Assembly (NCBI RefSeq): GCF_964355755.1
Contig: NC_092671.1
Coordinates: forward strand, 2,356,001-2,420,000
Reading direction: 5' to 3'
Source of the DNA: Antedon mediterranea
Lineage: Eukaryota; Animalia; Echinodermata
Length of the DNA stretch: 64,000 nucleotides
Shown here: positions 11,556 through 24,783 of the stretch, piece by piece
How the letters are laid out: the number at the start of each line of letters is the position of its first letter
Position numbering within the stretch: the stretch's first letter is position 1
Program-made: the position numbers and the translations under genes
Notes under the pieces: generated by a model
The model's input: only the letters and a program-made list of their open reading frames with translations
Databases searched by the model: none
What the model was told of the DNA's origin: nothing

Positions 11556-14419
11556 AATTCACTTGCGTTGCGTGACGTCCTTGCGTCGCTAGTGGGAACC
11601 ACGCTTAAGCGTGGTTCTCACTAGCGACGCAACGCAAGGACGTAACGCAACGCAAGTGAATTGACCAATCACAAGCGATGGCTTATTCGCTTGTGATTGC
11701 TAACTGTCTATAACTTCGCTTGTCATTGGTTAAAACGCTTGCGTTGCGTTTACGTCCTTGCGTTGCGTTCTAGTGGGAACCACGCTTTATAGACAATAAT
11801 ATTTTAGTAAAGCCGGGAATAGCAAATTATCACTTCGCTCGCTGTCGTCTATTAATGTATTGCTTCAATGTTATTTATTTGTTTGTTTTGTTGCTTACCT
11901 TCTTGATGTTAGATAAAGAATTGAATTGAATTATATGTTATTGTATACTGTTCGGATGATCCATTGCATCGTAACTATAGATGTTAAAGCCAGTAAAACC
12001 GTAATTGAGACGTAACGTAAAATAAGTATTGTTTGTAAGTACAATTGTATTGTATATGCTTTTAAATATATATTTATATTTTATTCCATTCTGTAAGTTG
12101 CGGGTTTCCCGCTGTTGAATGAGATTATAAATAAAATAAATAAATAAAATAAGAGGCTACGGCTACGGCTACGGCTACGGCTCGGATAAGTCATACAAAC
12201 TGTAAATCCCGTTCTTCATTGTGAAAATGAATCTATATCGTCTTATTGGCCAACATAGAGTTATTTTACCTTTCCGGGCATCTGAAAAAAATAAATAAAT
12301 AAACAAAATCTGTTACCTGTACCATTCCCTAATATCAAATCAAATCAAATCAAATCAAATAAACATTTATTTCTTTCATTCATATTTGAGTAAAACATAA
12401 TTTCTGATATTTGATATATAAATATTTTTTTTTTTTTTTGAGATATAATACAGAAAATTATAATGTATAAAAAAAAGATGATTCAGTTATATAAAAAAAT
12501 GAAAGAGGCAAAAAAACCCAAGAAAGTATCGATCAATTGGAAATAAAAATCCAATTGAAAACTTGTATGTTGGGAAACCATGTAAGAAAATTATATACTT
12601 ATATAATTATATACTTATATCAATCAACCCACTTAAGCGTGGTAACGACGTAACGTAACGCAACCTACGCAACGTAAGAAAATGCCCTTCCGATAATTGT
12701 GTTTTCCCCCGTCTGCGTGAAATCAAACCTGCAATGTTTGCAGCACTATTGCGTCGTCGGTTCCCACTTGTGATTACGCAATACAACACCTTACGTCAAT
12801 ACGTCGCTGAGTTGCGTTCTAGTGGGAATCAAGCTTAACTTCTACTACCATTGTAAATACCTAAGATGTACATACATGTTAAGAAATTAATAAATAAAAT
12901 GCATCGATCAACAATCGTTTGTAAATCTATATTCAAACCAATTGATGTACTCTGAACAAAGATCGGTTTAGAATTAACAAGCGCTCTGTAAATAATATCA
13001 TGTACGACCATCGATTGCTATTCGTTTTAATTATGAAGAAATGGTCACGTACATGAATATCTGTTTGTTTGTTGTGTAACTATCACATCGACACAAGATT
13101 TGGAGGACACATCGTCATGTTTTCATCAACGTTGTTGATATTACTTTTCATTCAGTTTGAACAAAGTACGTATTTTAGGTTTTTATTGAATCAGTTTGAA
13201 TGTAAACCTAATTAAAACACTGTCTGCTAAACTTTTTTTTAATTCAGTTCAGTGCTATAAATTGTTAATTCTGAAAAACAAACATCGCTCTATTTATAGA
13301 GAACAGAATCTTCAGAAGATTATTATTACGGGGATGTACGGTAGTATAGGAATGATAGGAGTGCTAGTACACATGTTTAGGCTACTGTTTTTTTTTTTTT
13401 AATGTTCTTCAGTTAATTTATTAGTAGTATTAGTAATGCAGTTATTAATTCTACTTTGTATTTCTCAATACATAGTCAACCATTCATTTCTTCGGTTTAG
13501 TTTCCCTTGTAACTATTGAATCAACTTTACATTCTTCAATGTCTTTAGTCAATGGCCAGGTTTCATGTGCTCAGATAAAAAAAGATGGTGATTCAACGAA
13601 TGGTATGAAAACAATCAACCCAGAGGAAACTGACCAATCAGGAGATGAGATAACTGTTGAATGTGACATGACGTCAGATCCAACTGATGGCAAGTTTGTG
13701 GTTTCTCTTTATCTCATCATATTCATATTTTATATAATAACAGCTAAATAGTAAACAACCAATCTATCGGCATGTGTACCAACCCTATACAATGTATGAA
13801 TGACGATACTGTGACACATCCAATAAACAGAAAATAGTAAATTTTGTCGTACAACTCGACTACATTGATTTAGATTGATATATAACGTAATTACGTTTGT
13901 ATTAGAGCTTCTGAATCAATTTTACCATGTTGACCTGTTGAATACAATATCCTGTGAGAAAAGCTCTCATGCTTTCGGAAAGTTAACTTAGCATATTTGA
14001 CAAAACGAATGACGTATTTTTACAATAGGCCAAATCGCATTAGGCCTATGTACAAAATGTATATTTATTTGTTCTTGCAGGCATCACAATCATTAAACAT
14101 GACACTAATACACGGTTACTAATTACTGGGGGTTCATACGGTGACCCCGGATCGTATGTACGGACAATAACCTACACTGGGTACACAATGGAACAGATCA
14201 CACAACTAGTGCAAAAATCAGCATCGTGTGAACAGTACATTAAGGTAATAACACTGATAAGACTAATGCACGTCTATGCCAGGTTGAGAATGGGGGAGGG
14301 GGTATGTAGTACTTTTTACTTACTTCCTTTTGCTTATTCTGCAGTTGGAATGCCACGGTACAGTATTGAGATATAACAGTAAAGACTACCACTGGTGGGT
14401 GTCAAGAGACGGATGTGAC

Positions 14420-14720
14420 ACAATGCCAGAACATACAAAGCTATGAATCAAACATATTATTATCAAAACAAGAACGTTCAGATACCAACAAGAGAACGTG
14501 AGACGGGACTGGAGATGGATTGAACATCTGGTAAGACGGTGGACACAAGAAGTAAACAAGGAAACGAGGAAGACCCACAACCACGTGGTGTCGAAATGTA
14601 GAAGAGAATATGACCCAAAATAGACAGGAGTAGAAGTCTTTCATGCCTCCATGCCAGAAAGCATAAAATGCGGTTGAGGAAGTCAATGTACTGTTAGTAT
14701 CACCGATCAATGTATTGATT
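14420..14720 (+). mobile_element. Degenerate RTE-clade LINE 3' end inserted in exon 4 of paralog C
   Basis: Translates in pieces to WRWIEHL, WTQE..RKRGRPTTTWCRNVEE and QNRQE*KSF, resembling the RTE C-terminal WRWxGH / GKRxRGRPxxTW / AQxRxxW motifs. Confidence 0.65.
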
Positions 14721-17219
14721 GATGTACATTGTATTCATTTCATTTATTATACGGCTTATTCTCTTTTCAACTTGTTTATGATTGCAATAAAATAAATAAA
14801 CCTGTTTTATTAACAATAAAAAAAATCAACCAAGTTACTATTTCTATATAAAACTATTTGTAACTTTATATTTATTGATATATACATGAAGTTTGTTCTA
14901 TTCTCTCTTATCTTCTTCAATGTTTTTTTTTAATTGTGAAACGTTTTCATATACAATTAGGCTAAGTTATACCGGTAGTATTTTTTTAAGTGTGTTACGT
15001 CCGTCATTTATAAATAACGGTAAGTCGTACTTATCTTTTGTTTATTTCAGGAACTTGTGATGAACCAGGTTTAGTTTGTAACTGCGATATGAATGATTTA
15101 AAACTAAGGAATGATTACGGACTTTTAACCGATAGAGCTCGTTTACCCGTTACCAAAGTTTACGCTGGTGACGTAGATTCGAGTAACGAATATTCTTTCT
15201 TTACCCTTGGTCCGTTAGAATGTCGAGGTAGGTAATGTAAGAACTCATTCAATGTTGGAAATGGAATCGTCAAATGCGTAAAGACGTTCCATAAAAAAGC
15301 CTTGAGGCGTTCCATAAAGTACGTTAATAAAGTTCAAAATAATTATATAATCTACTAATTTGGGATACTTTTTCAAATGTTGTATGTTATAGAGGAATTT
15401 AAACAAAATTATGAAGAAAAAAAAACGGCGTGGTAAAAAATGGTGGTATCAAACTAAATATTATCCATGGTGTTTTAATTCAACTTGTTATTTTCACGCT
15501 ATATAACAAATTTACTCACCCATTGAGTTTTTTTGCACATTTTTAATTTTCTTTGTAACTGTATATGTGCATTTAAAACATTGTGCTTGTGGTAATTGAA
15601 AACGAATTTAGGGTTAATAATAGAAGGCCTATAGTACCTATCTATGTTTATTTCAATTTAGGCTTTGCACCCCCCGTTTTGCGTTCATGCGCTGAGGTGA
15701 AAGCGGCAGGATTCACAAAGACTGACTCTTATCTCATCGATCCAGACGGTGATGGCAGTGACAATGCTTATTGGGCGTATTGTGATCTTGACCTTGGCAA
15801 AGATGAAGGTTTGTATCAGTTTTTCGGTCATAAGTTGTTTATTCTTTGCCACAAACAAATCAATTAAAATAATCAATTAAATGTAATTGTATTTATTTTG
15901 TATTTTAAATGTATTGAGTTCGGCAGTGACGTCAAAGGCCCTAACCTTCTTTTATGAACTCGCGGAAACAGAACATTTCATTCAGGTGTCTGTTGTTTCT
16001 TAGGCTCTTAAGATTTCCACAGTTTCAGATGGGATGAGTCTTAGTAAACCAACTTCTTATGTATTTTGTTCAAAACATATTTTAATTTTTACACATTCAT
16101 TCTGCTGCTGAGGAATTGATTCTCGATAACTTGTTTTGTTTATTTCATTTCCACAAGCACGTGTGGAAACAAAAAACCTAATTATGACAATTAACAAATG
16201 AAAAAAGTAAAACAAGTTGTCAAATATATTGTAACCTTTACTTTCTACGGTTATGAAAAGAATTAAACAATATATCATGATTATGATTATTTCAAAAGTT
16301 TCATAGACAAATTTCGTGATACAGCTTCTCATGTGTATCATATTGTATGTCGTGAGAATTGGGTAAATAGACATTATATCCTACCATTCCATATTCTTTA
16401 TTTAGTTTGATGTGGATATTTGATGTTTGATTTAAATAATTGTTTCGTTGTTCATCCTTCCAGTTACTACTGCTGTGTTCCACGATGTCCCTGAACGCAC
16501 TTATGTCCATGGTTACAACGATCCAAAATACAGCAAAGTGTTCAACTATCCAATCAGTGACACTCAGCTGCGCATGCTCACTACAGGGTCAAGCAAATGT
16601 CGGCAATATTTTGATGTAAGTTTCTATTTAAAGATGTTGTAGTGAATTTATCTTAGTTGGTTCCGAGCTTTCTCAGGCGTATATCCACTCGACGTACACA
16701 GCTGTCGTTCCGAGCTTTCTCAGGCGTATATATTTCCACGCGACGTACACAGCTGTCACTGAATGATAACTCATACAAAAAGTATATTTAACTCAACTAG
16801 AACTTTTATTCCTTGTAATTCGATTAATACATCTTTCTACCACTACCAGTCAAGCCTTAATATTCTCTTTATCATCTTTCCGTTTATCTACTCTGATCTT
16901 ATTCTCTCTTCTCGTTTATCTACTCTGATCTTATTCTCTCTTCTTCTCTAATATCTATTACATTCTACTTTTATACTGGATATGCAAATTTTAGGCTTCA
17001 GAGGAGGATAACATTTTCCCTCCAAAATTTATGCGATTTTGATTGGCTAATTAAGGCGGACCTGGTCTAAAGCATCCTTCTCTAAACACAGAGAATCACA
17101 ACATCAATAATATGACAGATGTATTGTCCCCCTGAAAAATAATTCTAACCAAAATTTTCGATAATTTGTCCTTCACTAGAAACGAAAATTTGATTCTAAA
17201 AATATATTTGGGAAGGAGA

Positions 17220-19800
17220 TGAATTTATTCAATTTTATCCGAAATGATTATGGTCAGGATGGTGTAAAATTAGTGCGCCTAAAGAGAAAATTGTGAGGAA
17301 GTCTTCGCGCCAAGAAAGAAATAACCGGATATTCGCTCTACACTGCAAACGCTTAGACATAACACCACCAAGTTTAAAATTAAAATGCCAGATTAACACC
17401 ACACGAGGACACGACATTATCAAAAAAGCGGAACGTAGTTTGATTAGAGAAAGAATACAAATCACTACAAACAACATCGAAAAATTAGCTAAGAAAGAGG
17501 AAGAACTAGAAGAGAAAATAGTTGAAATAATCACTGATGACACAGCTCGAGCGGACGTTCACAGGCATGTTGAGAATGCGAGAGAAAGCGAATTCCTAAA
17601 AGTACGAAATCGTCAACAAAACAAATTACATTGGTGGAAAGATAAAAGTCAAAAAACTACTAGTTGGATTAAATCAAGAGACACAATTGGACAGCAAACA
17701 ACTTAAAGACAGATGGTTGGTGAATCTATCCAGCAAAAAGATTAGTGTAGACCAGAAGCAGGTGCTTAAAAAGGGGAATAATTTCGCCATTAGCGAGAGC
17801 CGAATACCGGTAAATGAGCTCATCATAGCCACCGAAACGGCAGCAAACCCGGACCGGGTACCCATAGAAGAAAAGGATGTCATATGAGGTAAGAGATCGT
17901 TTCACTCATAAAATCATACAAACCTCCATCTTCAAACTTATCAGCAAAGGAAAAAACAGGGCTAAAATTACTTAAAGAAGACCATGAGATTACAATTTTT
18001 CCTGCTGACAAAGGCCGTGCTACTGTTGTAGTAAATCCGACGACCAAGTATATGAACAACTCAAATCAAACCCCAATCCTAAATATAAACGTGCTTTGGT
18101 GAATATCCTAAATAGATTGCTTAATGAAAAGAAAATCACATACGGGGAAAAATGTAAATTATTCAATGAGATGTTATCCGACGACCAAGTATATGAACAA
18201 CTCAAATTTTATTTATTTTTTAAAATTTTTTTTTAAATTTTTATTTTATTAGACTTCTCACTAACTCAGTTAATGAAGGATCTGGACCAACAGGTGGTGA
18301 ACACCTCTAAAACGGTCCAGTCCCAATTTGCACAGTGGCTGTGTTTGTGTGGACTAGTACACCGGGGTAACCCCCTACTCGTCTCGAAAGATGTACTAGG
18401 TTCTTTAAAGTGCGCATGAGCTATGTGCACACTGGACCTACGGTTTATAGTCCTTATCCGAGAAGACTCGTTTTACCACCAGAACCATGGAGCGAGTGAG
18501 CCTCGAACCCTTGCCGATGTTATGTCTACGTAATTACGGTTCCACTGTCTTAACCGCTCGGCCACTCACTCGTGTGAGATGTTATCCGACGACCAAGTAT
18601 ATGAACAACTCAAATCAAACCGCACTCCTAAATATAAACGTGCTTTGGTGAATATCCTAAATAGATTGCTTAATGAAAAGAAAGTCACATACGGGGAAAA
18701 ATGTAAATTATTCCCGACAGCCGAAAAAACACCGAGGCTATATTGCACACCTAAAATTCATAAACCAAACTGGCCTTTGAGGCCAATCGTAGACGGTATA
18801 GACTCCATTTACTATGAGGAGTCCAAATTTCTAAGAGATATTTTAAAACCAATGGTTGGCAACTCCACACACTCAATAAACAACTCTAAAGAACTAGCAA
18901 CCGAACTTAAAGATCTTCATGTGTCAACTAACCATACCTTTGTTTCATTTGATTTAGTATCTTTGTTTACAAAGACCCCTACGGAAAAATCACTGGAAAT
19001 AATACATGAATGCTTAAGGGCTGACCAAACGCTACAAGACCGTACAAAAATAAAAGTAGAAGACGTTATAGAATTGTTGTCTCTGGTCGTGAACACCGCA
19101 TACTTTAGTTTTGGAAACATCATATACAGGCAAAAATACGGCATAGCTATGGGAAGTCCAATTAGCCTAATCGTTGCAAACCTGTTTTTAGAATGGTTGG
19201 AGACTGAGGCCATAAGCAGAGCAAATGACAACATCAGACCTACTTATTGGCAAAGGTATGTAGACGATGTTTTAGCTGTGGTTAAAAAAGAATCCATAGA
19301 AGATCTTAACCAACATCTTAACACCATAGACCCTACTAAAAGTATCAAGTTTACTATAGGAAGAATGACTGACAACACTCTCCTGTATATGAACTGCCTC
19401 ATCACCCTAAAAACTGACGGTACAATAAAAACTTCGATTTACAGGAAATCCACACATACTGACCAATACTTAAACTTCAAATCAAATCATTCTCTTGAAC
19501 ACACTTGTGGACAGATGCCAAAACATCGTAACAACATAGCAGAGCAAAAGAGAAGATATGAATCACATAAGAAAAGTACTTAATATATGTGAATACCCAA
19601 ATTGGGCCATCGATAGAGTGATATACAACAAAAAAGAAAAGAATAGTCTGAAAAAAGGAGAAGACAAGCAAGACATGCGTGGCAGCGTAGCTTTACACTA
19701 TGTGAGAGGGCTATCGTAAAAGATACGCAGAACGCTCACTAGCCATAAAATTAACTCTTACTTTGTACCGTACTCCAAAACAAATTAAGATCACATCTAA
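17220..19800 (+). mobile_element. Degenerate Penelope-like retroelement (N-terminal domain + RT; GIY-YIG not seen)
   Basis: ORF pieces 17293-17706, 17687-17887 and 18579-19583 with PKIHKPNWPLRPIV, VSFDLVSLFT, GIAMGSPIS, RYVDDV and YRKSTHTDQYLNF.SNH, characteristic of PLE RTs. Frameshifts and stops present. Lies in intron 7 of paralog C. Confidence 0.85.
18208..18574 (-). mobile_element. tRNA-derived SINE inserted in the Penelope element, 41-bp flanking duplication
   Basis: Minus strand begins cacgagtgagTGGCCGAGCGGttaag (A box)...GGTTCGAGGCT (B box) and ends in an A-rich tail. 18167-18207 is identical to 18575-18615. Confidence 0.85.
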
Positions 19801-19807
19801 AAAAGTG

Positions 19808-20290
19808 TGTGTAACCTCCACAGCAACGTAACCACCAACAATGGTGTAACCTCCGCAGCAACGTAACCACCAACAATGGTGTAACCTCCACAGCAACGTA
19901 ACCACTAACGATGGTGTAACCTCCACAGCAACGTAACCACCAACGGTGTAACCTCCAACGGCAACGTAACCACCAACAATGGCGTAACCACGTACCGGCT
20001 AACAGGGTAACCACCAGTAGTCTTAACCACTGGCTAATAGGTGTACCCACCAGCAAAGCAGTATCACAACCACAGGGTGTACAACGGGCTAACTGTATCT
20101 CAAGCAGTAACACAACCAGTAGGTGCAACCTCCGGCTCAGCTATGTCTCAAATAGTGATACAACCAGTACAGTAGGTGCAACCTCCGGCTCACTATGTCT
20201 CAAATAGTGATACAACCAGTAGGTGCAACCTCCGGCTCACTATGTCTCCAACAGTAGCACAAGTGGTAGGCTGTACCCTCCGGCTAACTT
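19808..20290. repeat. Minisatellites: ~36-bp unit (ggtgtaacctccacagcaacgtaaccaccaacaat) x~5, then ~46-50-bp unit (agtaggtgcaacctccggctcactatgtctc...) x~3-4
   Basis: Tandem units read directly. Confidence 0.85.
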
Positions 20291-20506
20291 TACTTGCTGT
20301 GTCTTAACTCTCCTTTTATTATTCAGCTCTAATTTTCTCTTTCTTTTCTCTAATCTTCTCAACACTTTGTTTTTCAATTTCTCTAATGTCCCTACTTATT
20401 TAACACGTCTTCTCCCTGCTTCTCCGCTTTTCCAGCTCCAATCTCTCCCTCCTTTTTAACGCAGCTCGAGGTAACCCTCCATTGCCTTCCTTCTCCAATC
20501 CCGCTC

Positions 20507-23500
20507 GCGATTTTTTTTTTCGTACATAAGTTGGGGACCCCTCATGAAACGTCACAAAAATAAACATGAATAATTCATCAGTTAAATTTGTTGTTCCGTG
20601 TGCACCCAAGCGTATAGCAACAAGAAGTGATTACACAAACAACTGCGATACGATTCTTTCTACAGTAGGCCTAGTAGCAGGGTTGCTAACTTCCATTTTT
20701 TATGAAGATTGTGCATTTTGTGACAAAAGCACCAAATTTGGCACAAACCTTCTTTAGGGTATATCTAACCATCCTAGAAGGGGTGCCCGAAAATCGGAAC
20801 AATTTAACGACGTCATTTGGACCACGCCCTTTTTTTAGTATTACGTAATTAGGTGAAAACTTAAATCTTTGTATATACATACCAAGTTTGGTATCAAATT
20901 AAAACTCATGACATGTACATTGCAATACACACATAACAAATATATGATTTCTCTTCAGACGGAATATATAGGTCAAATAATGTAATTTTCTGTCATATTG
21001 AAGGGGATTTCAATCAAAACGCGCCAATATTGGGCTATGTTATGAACATTGTAGTTATAAGAACAACAACATTCATTTTTGTAATAGAACTACAGTACTA
21101 ATATATATTTATCCTGTATCAGTTACTTTCCTTTAACATAATATTAGGAACCACTGAAAAAAAGTATATAAACATATACTGTATCAAACTTGGCTCAATA
21201 ATCACTGGACTAAGTAAACAGACAAAAGACCATTTGACTGACAATTATGGCGTTAGCATCCATAACAATACATGGAGGTGATTATCAACTTTACTTTATG
21301 AAATTATTTATCTGGAAACAAACACTTATAATGAACAAGTTCCACGGCATGGGTAACAAAGACCAGTGCAAAAAAGACCTGCTGAACGGCACTTGCAGTT
21401 CCTTGAGCAATGCAGGCAACCCATTCCTCGATAATTGTTCAGAACTTCTGGTCTTGGATGCTCGAGATTGTGCCAATGAAAGTGCAGTAGTGACAGTTCG
21501 TACAATTCAGGATGTAGGTACTACCCAGTACCAAAAATATTTCAAGGAAGTTATTCTCGACAAGCCATCAAACAGAATAAGCTGCCGTTGTTCAACACAC
21601 CATGGTCAAAATCAGTGTCCAAAACAAAGCAACAAGTTAAGAGTTTAAAAAGTGACTGCAGCCTATTCAGTCAACTGTATATTGCAAGTCAATCTAGTGA
21701 TGGAGATTTGGAAGACTTCTTCATGCATGAAAACCAGCCATGGCAACCCTCTTTGGCAGTAAATGGAAAGCTTCGACTACCAACTAAGAAGTCTGAGTTG
21801 CTACAGCATTTTGAGACTGAGGCCAGCCTGAACCTCCTACATATTTTGACGTAAAGGTGTTTGACAGAGCTGCTATTGTCCATGCCCTTTCCAGCAACCA
21901 TGCATTTACATTTGATGACTACGGTGATAAGGTGAGTACATTTCTTTGCATTCAGGATTGTATCTATTGTTTAACCACCACATAATTGGTCACTTCTATA
22001 TGCGGATCGTTATTCTTGTATCATTTGTATGACAGGTCTTTCTACCGTGGACCAGACAGCAGCTGCAGAATAGTAACAGAATTGATATAGTGTGGGACAC
22101 TTACAGAACAGATAGTCTTAAGCAGTCTACAGGAGAAAAAAGAGGAAAAGGGGTCAAGAGGAAAGTTGGGGGACAAACAAAGATTCCAGGGAATTTTCCA
22201 GACTTTCTGAAAGATCCAGTAAATAAAGAGGAGTTATTTAACTTTTTAACTACAAAGGTGTCTACCCATGATTACTCTGACTGCAAAGAAGTTTACATTA
22301 CATCAGGTAAGTTTTATTATGATACATACTAATTTATTTTGTTTGTAACCAAACGATTAATTTACTTATACAGTTTCATACCAATAATTAATTAAAAAGG
22401 CATATTAAATTAGTAAGTAATTCTTGATATATGTCCTGTAGGCAAGTCTGTTGTATGTTGACATCTACTCAACCTATGTCAATCTGCGACCATGAAGAGG
22501 CCGACTCCAGGATGTGCATTCACATTGATGATGCCTTAAAGAAAGGTAGCAGGGTTATTTTGGTGCGTACAGTTGATACTGATGTCGTTGTTATCCTGGT
22601 TGGTATTTTCTGCAATCTAATAGCCTGTTATCTTGGTACGTGTATCTGGGTCGCATTTGGCATGCGTAAGCACTTCCAATATTTTAATATAAATACCATC
22701 TGCCATAACCTAGGAGAGGATAAGTCAAGAGGGCTGCCAGTTTTTCATGCATTTACTGGGTCCGATACTACATCCCAGTTCTTCGGAAAATCAAAACACT
22801 CCGCATGGGAGACGTGGAACTCATTTCCAGCAGTCACAGAAGCCTTTCTTTTCATGGCACACCTTTCAAATTTCTAGGAGTCAACTCATCTCAATTCCAG
22901 TTGCTAGAGGAGTTTACATGTCATCTATACGACAAGACAAGTACTTTAAGAAGTGTTACTAAGCTAAGACAAGATCTTTTTTCAAGAAAGGCACGGACAA
23001 TGGACAACATTCCTCCTACACAGGTAAGGGGAGCTTCCATATAATTGTCAATTGTCGTTTAATAATTTATTATCAGATTCATGTTTTTCTTTCATTAAAA
23101 GGTAACACCAATCTTTAAATTGTTTATTGCAGGATGCACTTTTACAGCATTCCAACAGATCCATATACCAAGCAAGCATTTGGACCACCAGTCTACAGCC
23201 ACAGCAGAATGCTCCATCACCAGAAGACTTTGGTTGGACTAAAACCGGCAGTACATGAACACCAGTCTGGACAATACTACCTGAAGCATCCAAGGCATGT
23301 AGGGAATTGCTAAAGTGTGGCTGCAAAAAGTTGCCTTTTTGCTCAGGGAACTGCAAGTGTCGTTCAGCAGTGCACTGGTCTTGTTACCCATGCCGTAGAA
23401 CTTGTTCGTCATCTAGCAACTCTGTACCATTATAAGCGTTTGTTTCCAGATAAATAATTTCATAAAAGTAAAGTTGATAATCACCTCCATGTATTGTTAT

Positions 23501-24783
23501 GGATGCTAACGCCATAATTGTCAGTCAAATGGTCTTTTGTCGGTTTATTAATAGTCCAGTGGTTATTGAGCCAAGTTTGATACAGTATATGTTTTAAATA
23601 CTTTTTTTCAGTGGTTCCTAATATTATGTTAAAGGAAAGTAACTGGTACAGGATAAATATATATTAGTACTATTACAAAAATGAATGTTGTTGTTCTTAT
23701 AACTACAATGTTCATAACATAGCACAATATTGGCACGTTTTGATTGAAATACCCTTCAATATGACAGAAAATTACATTATTTGACCTATATATTCCGTCT
23801 GAAGAGAAATCATATATTTTTTATGTGTGTATTGCAATGTACATGTCATGAGTTTTTATTTGATACCAAACTTGGTATGTATATACGAAGATTTAAGTTT
23901 TCACCTAATTACGTAATACTAAAAAAAGGGCGTGGTCCAAATGACGTCGTTAAATTGTTCCGATTTTTGGGCACCCCTTCTAGGATTGTTAGATATACCC
24001 TAAAGAAGGTTTGTGCCAAATTTGGTGCTTTTGTCACAAAGTGCACAAAAAAAGTGCTAAGTTACCCTGCTATAGGATTCTAGGTCAATTCACGTATTGC
24101 CTTCGCGCACTATTCTTCACACAAAATGTGTCGAGTCGAGGCTAATCGACAGCTAGGCATAAAACAATAGCAACTAAGTAGTAATTCATTGGACATAGCC
24201 CAAAGAAAGCTTAGACCCACAATAATAAAGAATGTGTATAATTTGTGTACTGTATTTTTTTAATTCTGCTATTTTATTATCAAACAATGCGCGTATATGA
24301 ACACATGAGATGGGAAGATTAGACCCACGAGAATAAAAAATGTATTTTTGTGTAATGTTTAATTTTGCTGACTTATTACTCGGATTGTGTCATACCTAAC
24401 ACACACACGTCACACACACCGTACCCACACAGCTACTACTAGAATAGACATGGGTTTAGAGACTAATAATTAGGCCTATAGTATTAATAGAAACTATAAT
24501 TTTAACACATAATTCTTTAGTAATAAATTATATTAAAAACACCATAAACAAAGGCTGATTATTTCGACAATCCACACAAAACGCCGCTTTTCTTTTATGA
24601 AATCGCACGCCGCAACAACAGCGGAGATAGGCCTAGACAAGTACCGCACTTGTGTAATCACTTCTTGTTGCTATACGCATGGGTGCACACGGAACAAGAA
24701 AATTTAACTGATAAATTATTCATGTTTATTTTGTGACGTTTCATGAGGGGGGTCCCCAACTTATGTACGAAAAAAAAAATCGC
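20507..24783. mobile_element. Non-autonomous Mutator/MULE-like DNA transposon (~130-bp TIRs, 9-bp TSD) hosting an Academ-like element
   Basis: TIRs 20507-~20638 and ~24650-24783 (GCGATTTTTTTTTTCGTACATAAGTTGGGGACCCC...). Perfect TSD ATCCCGCTC at 20498-20506 and 24784-24792. Confidence 0.8.
20675..24072 (+). mobile_element. Degenerate, internally deleted Academ(X)-like DNA transposon with ~700-bp inverted repeats
   Basis: Termini TAGCAGGGT...ACCCTGCTA, 3-bp TSD TAG (20672-20674/24073-24075). IRs 20675-~21370 and ~23371-24072. Internal spliced pseudo-CDS with XPG/FEN1-like motifs (HEEAD, DTDVV, HAFTG[S/C]DT), IPPT..ALLQH..R..YQ..IW and a C-terminal Cys-rich finger (CGCKK..CSGNCKC). No DDE region seen. 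Confidence 0.78.

Larger units (their letters stand above)
10288..11786. mobile_element. Two adjacent ~180-bp MITEs (TIR AGCGTGGTTCCCACTAG, TTA/TAA flanks; Harbinger-like); the first is split by a LINE fragment
   Basis: Split copy 10288-10384 + ~11556-11605; intact copy ~11608-11786. Further family members at ~12634-12835, 48950-49130, 49156-49330, 57057-57281 and ~63640-63765. Confidence 0.75.
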
